From Salpingoeca rosetta (taxonomy: Eukaryota > Protista > Choanoflagellata): a DNA stretch of 64,000 nucleotides. Position 1 is the first letter of the stretch. Every line of letters starts with the position of its first letter. The notes beneath the pieces were generated by a model. The model saw nothing but the letters and a program-made list of their open reading frames with translations. It made no database searches and was not told the origin of the DNA. A program made the translations under genes and the position numbers. The DNA lies in assembly GCA_033442325.1 (NCBI GenBank), contig JAWQFM010000015.1, positions 250,843 through 314,842 of the forward strand, read 5' to 3'. This document shows, in pieces, positions 60,843 to 64,000 of the stretch.

Positions 60843-60873
<31 letters not shown>

Positions 60874-61531
60874 CTTGTGTTGTGCGTGTATGTTCTTGTT
60901 GTGTGTGTGTGTGTGTGTTCTTGTGTTGTGCGTGTATGTTCTTGTTGTGTGTCTGTGTGCGTATGCTCTTGTTGCGTGTGTCTGTGTGCGGATGCTCTGC
61001 GTATACGCGTCGCCCTCCCTTGCAGAACCGCACACAGAGTGACTCACTCAATCAGTCTCTTCTTCTCCCCCCCCCTCTTTGCTCTGTCATCAACCCTGCA
61101 GCAATGCGAGTTGGCTGTCCCCATTGGCCCTGAGCCGGAGCACAAGCTGTGCGACACGTGGTGCCTGTACTACGACAACCCCATGGACCTTCCCCGCAAC
61201 CCCACAGATGAGCAGTACAAGCAGAACCTCAAGAAGGTGTGTGGGTGTAAATGCGAAGTGGGTGTGTGGGTGTGTGGGTTTTGTTGGTGGGTGTGTGGCA
61301 GTTGTGTCCTCGTCGCTGTCATGTTGCTGCGTGCACGTTTTCGCCCTTCCTTCCCCTTCCCTCTGCCTGTGAATGTTCGTGCTGATGCTTCCTTTTTCCG
61401 GTGCACTCAACACTGCACATGACCGTGACTCGAAACAGGTGTATGTGTTTGACACGCTGGAGCAGTTCTGGCGCCTGTACAACAACATCAAGGCCGTGGA
61501 GGAGATGAGCGGCTGCAACTTCCACCTCTTC

Positions 61532-61574
<43 letters not shown>

Positions 61575-62554
61575 GGTAGACTTGTGCGCTTTTGCTTCTT
61601 GCACGCATGCGTGTGTGCACCCTTGGTGCCTGTTTTGTCTTCGTCTTTGTTCAACCCTTTCCTCCTTCACCCAACCACGTGTGCTTTCATTTGTTTACAA
61701 TGTAGAATGGCGTGTCGCCGACCTGGGAGGATCCCTTCAACGAGCGCGGTGGCAAGTGGGTGTGCCAGGTTGGCATTTCCAACGACCTGTGGATGCGCAC
61801 CATCTTGAGCGTGATTGGCGGTCTCTTCGGCGAGTATCAGGACCATGTGTGCGGCGCTGTGGCCGCTCTCAAGAAGTCCAAGAAGCGCGACCGCCTCAGC
61901 CTCTGGCTCAAGGACGTGTCTGACAGAGAGGCCTGCATGGCGATTGGGTGCGTATGATGATGGTCGTGCTGCTGCTGCTGCTGCTGTTGTTGTTGTTGCT
62001 CCTTCCTGCTTCTTCCAAGTCTTTGCTGCGCCTTGTCCTATTTTATGTGTGTTGTGTCGACTGTATCACTCATGGGCTTCCCCACATTCGCTCACGTGTC
62101 TTCCTCCCTCTCCCCCGGGTCCTGTTCTGTTTATTTCTGTTCAGCCGCAAGTGGAAGGATATTTGCAGGGAGCTGGGCAAGATTGAGTTCCTTGTAAGTT
62201 GGTTGCACCATCGCAGCTGTATTGCTTCGTGCACATGCACACTCACGCACACTCACACATATGCACACACGCACACACTCACACATATTCACACGCACGC
62301 ATGCACGCACGCACGCACGCATTTCTCATCTCCCAAACCCCCCCCCCCTACACACACACCCTCACACATATGCACACTCACTCACACACACATATGCACA
62401 CGCACGCACGCATTTCTCATCTCCCAACCCTCTCCCCCTCCCAACACACACACACACGCGTCCCTCGCATCTGTCACCCTCCCAACAGCCTCATCAGGTC
62501 GCACAGAAGGCCAAGTCCAGCTACTTCTCTGAGAGCAAGTACATGATCAACTAG
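60752..62554 (+). CDS. eIF4E family cap-binding protein with Trp56->Tyr (class III-like variant), 6 exons
   Basis: HKLCDTWCLYYDN...EQYKQNLKK|VYVFDTLEQFWRLYNNI...FHLFR|NGVSPTWEDPFNERGGKW...DLW...VCGAV...DRLSLW; ends ...SESKYMIN* at TAG 62552-62554. Confidence 0.93.
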
Positions 62555-63218
62555 GCAGATTCCACACACACACACCCCTCTCTCTCTCCTCCCTCTCTTC
62601 CCACACGTTCTATGCGCGCTGTGGTGGTGTTCTGTTTTTGGTGTGCGCGCACGCGGTAGCTGTGCGCGCTTTCTTGGTGTACATGTACATGGCTTAATGG
62701 AAATTGCAGCCCTTTGCAAGTCTTTTGAGCCAGTTGCTTGCTTGCTTGGTTCTGTTCCTTTGCCCCTGCCCCCTCTCTCTACTTCTCTTCCTTCCTCTCA
62801 CCACCCTACGATTGAGCCAGTGACATGTTGCTTCCTCGCGCGCTATGTGCACGTGATGCCATAGCATCCTTCGTGTGTGTTGCTTCTCTGTTTTCCTCCG
62901 CCGTGTACGACGCCGGTTATTCCGAGCTGTCGTTGCGGAGATGTGCGTTGTGCGTGTATGTAATTGTGTGAGTGCGCCCCTCATTTGCGCGACGGTCGCA
63001 TTAAACACCAGACAAGTCGCGCTGTGGCTCTGGATGCGTTTATTGCGGCTCATAATTGTAGTGTGGTGTGGTGGTGTGATGTGACACGCAAACGCAACAT
63101 ATGACATGTGACAACATCACATGCGTGAGCAACAAACGCTTCCCTCAACCCAGACCCAAGGACCCATGGCCTCGCTCCTTCGCTCGCTCCCTTCCCCTCT
63201 CAAGCCTTCAAGCTCCCT

Positions 63219-64000
63219 TCAGTGCCTCGTGCGGCGCCTGTGTGGCGGCACGTAGACCTCCGTTTGCCTTTGCTCCTCCTGGTCCTGGGTACCTTCAGTG
63301 CTACGTGTGGTTGTGAGCCCATCCAGGCCGGGCGGGGTAGAGACGCTGCGCGTGTGGCGGCGGCGGCGGCGATGCAGATGTTTCTGATCGCCACCGTGGC
63401 CCCAGCGAGCATTGGGATGAGGATGATGTGGCTGCCTCCCGTTTGGCCTGCTCACTCCGCTGTTGCGGCGGCGTGTCTCCGGTGAGGCCGGAGCAGAGGT
63501 TGTCACGGGAGTGTTTGCGTAAGCACGCGTATTGCCACAGTTGGCATCATAGCCGTATCCATAGCCGTCGCCCAGCATGTGCAATGATGAAGCACTGCTG
63601 TCAACAGAGGAGTCACGGGTGTTGCTGCCACTGCTGCTGACGCTGTGGTCGTCTTGGTAATCCTGGTAGTTGGAGTTCATGAACGACGAGAGTTCGCGCT
63701 CACCGTGGCGCTGCAGCAACCTGCCCATGTTCGTGGCTGTCTCACCATCCTGCTCACATGTTCGTTGCTGACGTTGCTGACGTTGCTGGCGGTGGTGATG
63801 ATGGCGGTGTTCGTCGCTTCTGCTGCCTCCGCTTCCTTTGCTGTCTCCGCTTCCTCTGCTGCCCCCACTTCCTCGTTTGTGCCTACCAACACCACTACTT
63901 CTCCTGCTGCTGACGGTGGTGGTGGTGTGCTGTCGGATGCGCGTCCAGAAGGTGACTTTGGCGGCGCGCTCCTCGCCGAGCACGCGAAGCGCCCACTGCT
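63219..64000 (-). CDS. 3' end of an unidentified protein (low-complexity tail ending YVPPHRRRTRH*)
   Basis: The frame is open from the window edge (QWALRVLGEERAAKVTFWTRIR...) to TGA 63219-63221, with coding-like composition and no GT/CA repeats. Confidence 0.6.
   Translation of the reverse strand, partial: QWALRVLGEERAAKVTFWTRIRQHTTTTVSSRRSSGVGRHKRGSGGSRGSGDSKGSGGSRSDEHRHHHHRQQRQQRQQRTCEQDGETATNMGRLLQRHGERELSSFMNSNYQDYQDDHSVSSSGSNTRDSSVDSSASSLHMLGDGYGYGYDANCGNTRAYANTPVTTSAPASPETRRRNSGVSRPNGRQPHHPHPNARWGHGGDQKHLHRRRRRHTRSVSTPPGLDGLTTTRSTEGTQDQEEQRQTEVYVPPHRRRTRH

Overview
Intron-rich eukaryotic genomic DNA. Exons are GC-rich, and introns and UTRs are saturated with (GT)n/(CA)n microsatellites. 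The style and gene content point to a unicellular holozoan, most likely a choanoflagellate such as Salpingoeca rosetta (inference). Most of the supplied ORF track is microsatellite noise, so I rebuilt genes by hand across GT-AG introns. I find 17 protein-coding loci: FMR1/FXR-like (running off the left edge), NDUFAF8-like microprotein, RBM34/Nop12, PIH1D2, ADAT2, TPGS2, PPP6R/SAPS, MTCH-like carrier, PARG, an orphan two-exon gene, lipin, 14-3-3, AMP deaminase, METTL4, DLGAP5/GKAP-domain protein, a variant eIF4E, and the 3' end of an unidentified gene. Twelve of them sit in six tight head-to-head pairs. The most notable observations are: a full-architecture fragile-X protein homologue, introns whose acceptors are preceded by (CA)n/(TG)n instead of a pyrimidine tract, a 342-bp compositionally foreign TG...CA island, a 10-bp duplication that breaks the lipin frame, and a CDE-CHR-like cell-cycle element upstream of the DLGAP5-like gene. 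There is one 100-N assembly gap. No rRNA, tRNA or CRISPR was recognised.
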